Assembly: GCA_020426575.1 (NCBI GenBank)
Contig: JAGQPT010000155.1
Span: 1 to 63,704 of the forward strand
DNA length: 63,704 bases
Source: Planctomycetales bacterium
Lineage (GTDB): Bacteria; Planctomycetota; Planctomycetia; Pirellulales; JAEUIK01
Reading direction: 5' to 3'
Shown: piece by piece, positions 62,345-63,704 of the stretch
How the letters are laid out: every line of letters begins with the position of its first letter
Position numbering within the stretch: position 1 is the stretch's first letter
Notes under the pieces: model-generated
The model's input: the letters and a program-made list of their open reading frames with translations, nothing else
Database searches by the model: none
What the model was told of the DNA's origin: nothing
Program-made: the position numbers and the translations under genes

Positions 62345-63704
62345 TCAAACCCGCTCGGCAACACGGCGACGAACCGGCAGCACGGCCGTCGCAAGCGCCG
62401 CCAGCGAGACCAACATCGCGGCCGACGGCTCGGGAACGGCCGTGGCAGCGGAGTGCGAACCGAAGTTCGAGGCCCAGACCAGGTAGTCGAGCCCGTCCAC
62501 GGCCGAGTCGCCGTTGAAGTTGCCGTCGGCGACCGCGGGGTCGGGGGGACCGACGGTGTCGAAGTTGGCGGCCCAGACGAGATAGTCGAGGCCGTCGACC
62601 CAACCGTCGCCGTTGGCGTCGCCCGCCAGCGCACCGGCCAGCAAGATGTCACCCTGGAAGATGCCGGCGACGCCAGCAACGGTGTAGGTGAACAGCAGGT
62701 CGGCCAGCGGATCGCCGGGGCCCGGCAGTCCAACGACGTCGCCCAGGTCGGTCGTGCCGGTGATTGCAGCGAAGGCAACGCCGATTTCGCCGTCCGCGTC
62801 GGTGCTAAAGGTACCGGCGGGCAACGAGGCGGAAGCGGCGGTGAACGCATCGCTCTGTGAAAGAATGCGGAAGCTCGACAGGGTGTTGCCGTCGGCGTCC
62901 AACGAGAGATTTCCGGTGAGGACGTCGTAGGTCAGCGTCGCCATGCCGATGGGCGTGGTGGGAGGCGTGAGTCCCTCGTAGGGGCCCGCGTTGTAAACGC
63001 CCGACCCCAGGGCAAGCTGGGCATCGGCCAGGTCGACCTGCTCGTCGTTGTTGAAGTCGCCTTGGCTGAACGTGGCACCAACGGGACCCGCGTTGAACTT
63101 GGCCGCCATGTTGTTGCGGTCGGTCGTGTCGAAGTCCTTGTCAAAGTCGGTATCACCCGCGGCGAACACGTAGTCGAGATTCACGTCGACCTTCTTGCCC
63201 GCGTTGTCATAGACGAGCGAATAGTCAATGCCCCATTCGGCGCGGGCTGCGACCTCCGTGAACTTGGCCGTACCGTCGCCAGTGCGGGTGCCGACATAGT
63301 TGACCAGCGTTTCAGTACCTTGGTTGGGCCCGAAATGAGGACGGAAGCCGTCGGCGACTTGGAGCGAGAACTCGCTGCCGTCGTTGATCACGAGGTCGCC
63401 GAAGAAAAAGCCGTCAGAGTTCGTGCCATTAACGCTGACCGGCGTGATCGGGTTCGCGTTCAGCCGAGCGACGAGCGAACCAGTGCCTAGCTGCGCGAAC
63501 TGCGCCGCTCCGAAGCTGAGATCGCCGCCGACGTTGAAGCTAGGCGTGGGAACGGTGCCGCTGGAACCAGCGAGCACGAGTTGACCGGTCCCGCCGAAGC
63601 CGACGATGAAACCGCGATCGACGTTTACCGCGCCACCGGAGTGAGTGAAGCTACCCGTGTCGCCGACGTCGAAGCCGAGCACGACTTCGCCGCCGCCAAA
63701 GTCA
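62345..63704 (-). CDS. PEP-CTERM-anchored protein with dockerin-like Ca-binding repeats (5' end outside window)
   Basis: C-terminus VPEPSAAMLVSLAALATAVLPVRRRV is PEP-CTERM-like. Repeats GDANGDGWVDGLDYLVWAANF and ADGNFNGDSAVDGLDYLVWASNFG are present. The frame stays open to the window edge. Confidence 0.8.
   Translation of the reverse strand, partial: DFGGGEVVLGFDVGDTGSFTHSGGAVNVDRGFIVGFGGTGQLVLAGSSGTVPTPSFNVGGDLSFGAAQFAQLGTGSLVARLNANPITPVSVNGTNSDGFFFGDLVINDGSEFSLQVADGFRPHFGPNQGTETLVNYVGTRTGDGTAKFTEVAARAEWGIDYSLVYDNAGKKVDVNLDYVFAAGDTDFDKDFDTTDRNNMAAKFNAGPVGATFSQGDFNNDEQVDLADAQLALGSGVYNAGPYEGLTPPTTPIGMATLTYDVLTGNLSLDADGNTLSSFRILSQSDAFTAASASLPAGTFSTDADGEIGVAFAAITGTTDLGDVVGLPGPGDPLADLLFTYTVAGVAGIFQGDILLAGALAGDANGDGWVDGLDYLVWAANFDTVGPPDPAVADGNFNGDSAVDGLDYLVWASNFGSHSAATAVPEPSAAMLVSLAALATAVLPVRRRVAERV

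Overview
High-GC bacterial chromosome segment, most likely Planctomycetota (Pirellulales-like). That assignment is an inference from a DUF1559 protein with a prepilin-type N-terminus and H-X9-DG C-terminus, a PEP-CTERM/dockerin-like protein, a MoxR-DUF58-VWA operon, and long lineage-type extensions on NusG, SecE and L17. No similarity search was run; product calls rest on motifs I recognise in the ORF translations and on gene order, and several start codons are my own choice.

Layout:
(i) 1-6639, minus strand: NHL lipoprotein, then large double-VWA protein, MoxR ATPase, DUF58 and a BatA-like VWA protein (truncated by the window).
(ii) 6977-8699: TsaC fused to a YwlE-like LMW phosphatase, followed by RpiB.
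(iii) 8824-13528: clan GH-A glycosidase, a frameshifted HlyD-family fragment, tRNA-Arg, and an orphan secreted protein.
(iv) 14340-16007: group 1/2-like sigma-70 factor with a roughly 310-aa N-terminal extension rich in helix-turn-helix segments.
(v) 16171-53831: one co-directional translation/transcription supercluster of about 37.6 kb. Order: tRNA-Thr, tRNA-Tyr, tRNA-Thr, tuf, tRNA-Trp, secE, nusG, rplKAJL, rpoBC, rpsLG, fusA, the S10, spc and alpha operon genes, secY, adk, map, rpmJ, rpsMKD, rpoA, rplQ.
(vi) 53869-59197: HExxH metallopeptidase-like protein, transaldolase, PEP carboxylase.
(vii) 59281-63704, minus strand: PEP-CTERM/dockerin-like protein (truncated), XylR-like regulator, DUF1559 protein, TPR lipoprotein.

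I saw no rRNA, CRISPR array, transposase or integrase.

Hunt verdict: this is mostly core housekeeping DNA, and I did not find a convincing undescribed multi-gene system. The best leads are:
- the TsaC::YwlE-like phosphatase fusion with conserved RpiB synteny;
- the multi-HTH extension on the sigma factor;
- the HExxH protein attached to the end of the alpha operon;
- a nearly G-free CCUAA-repeat intercistronic spacer in the MoxR operon;
- a recurring pattern of 15-18 nt tandem duplications in intergenic spacers of the ribosomal cluster;
- a 53-62 nt rpsC/rplP overlap;
- several unusually long non-coding spacers that could hold unannotated RNAs.
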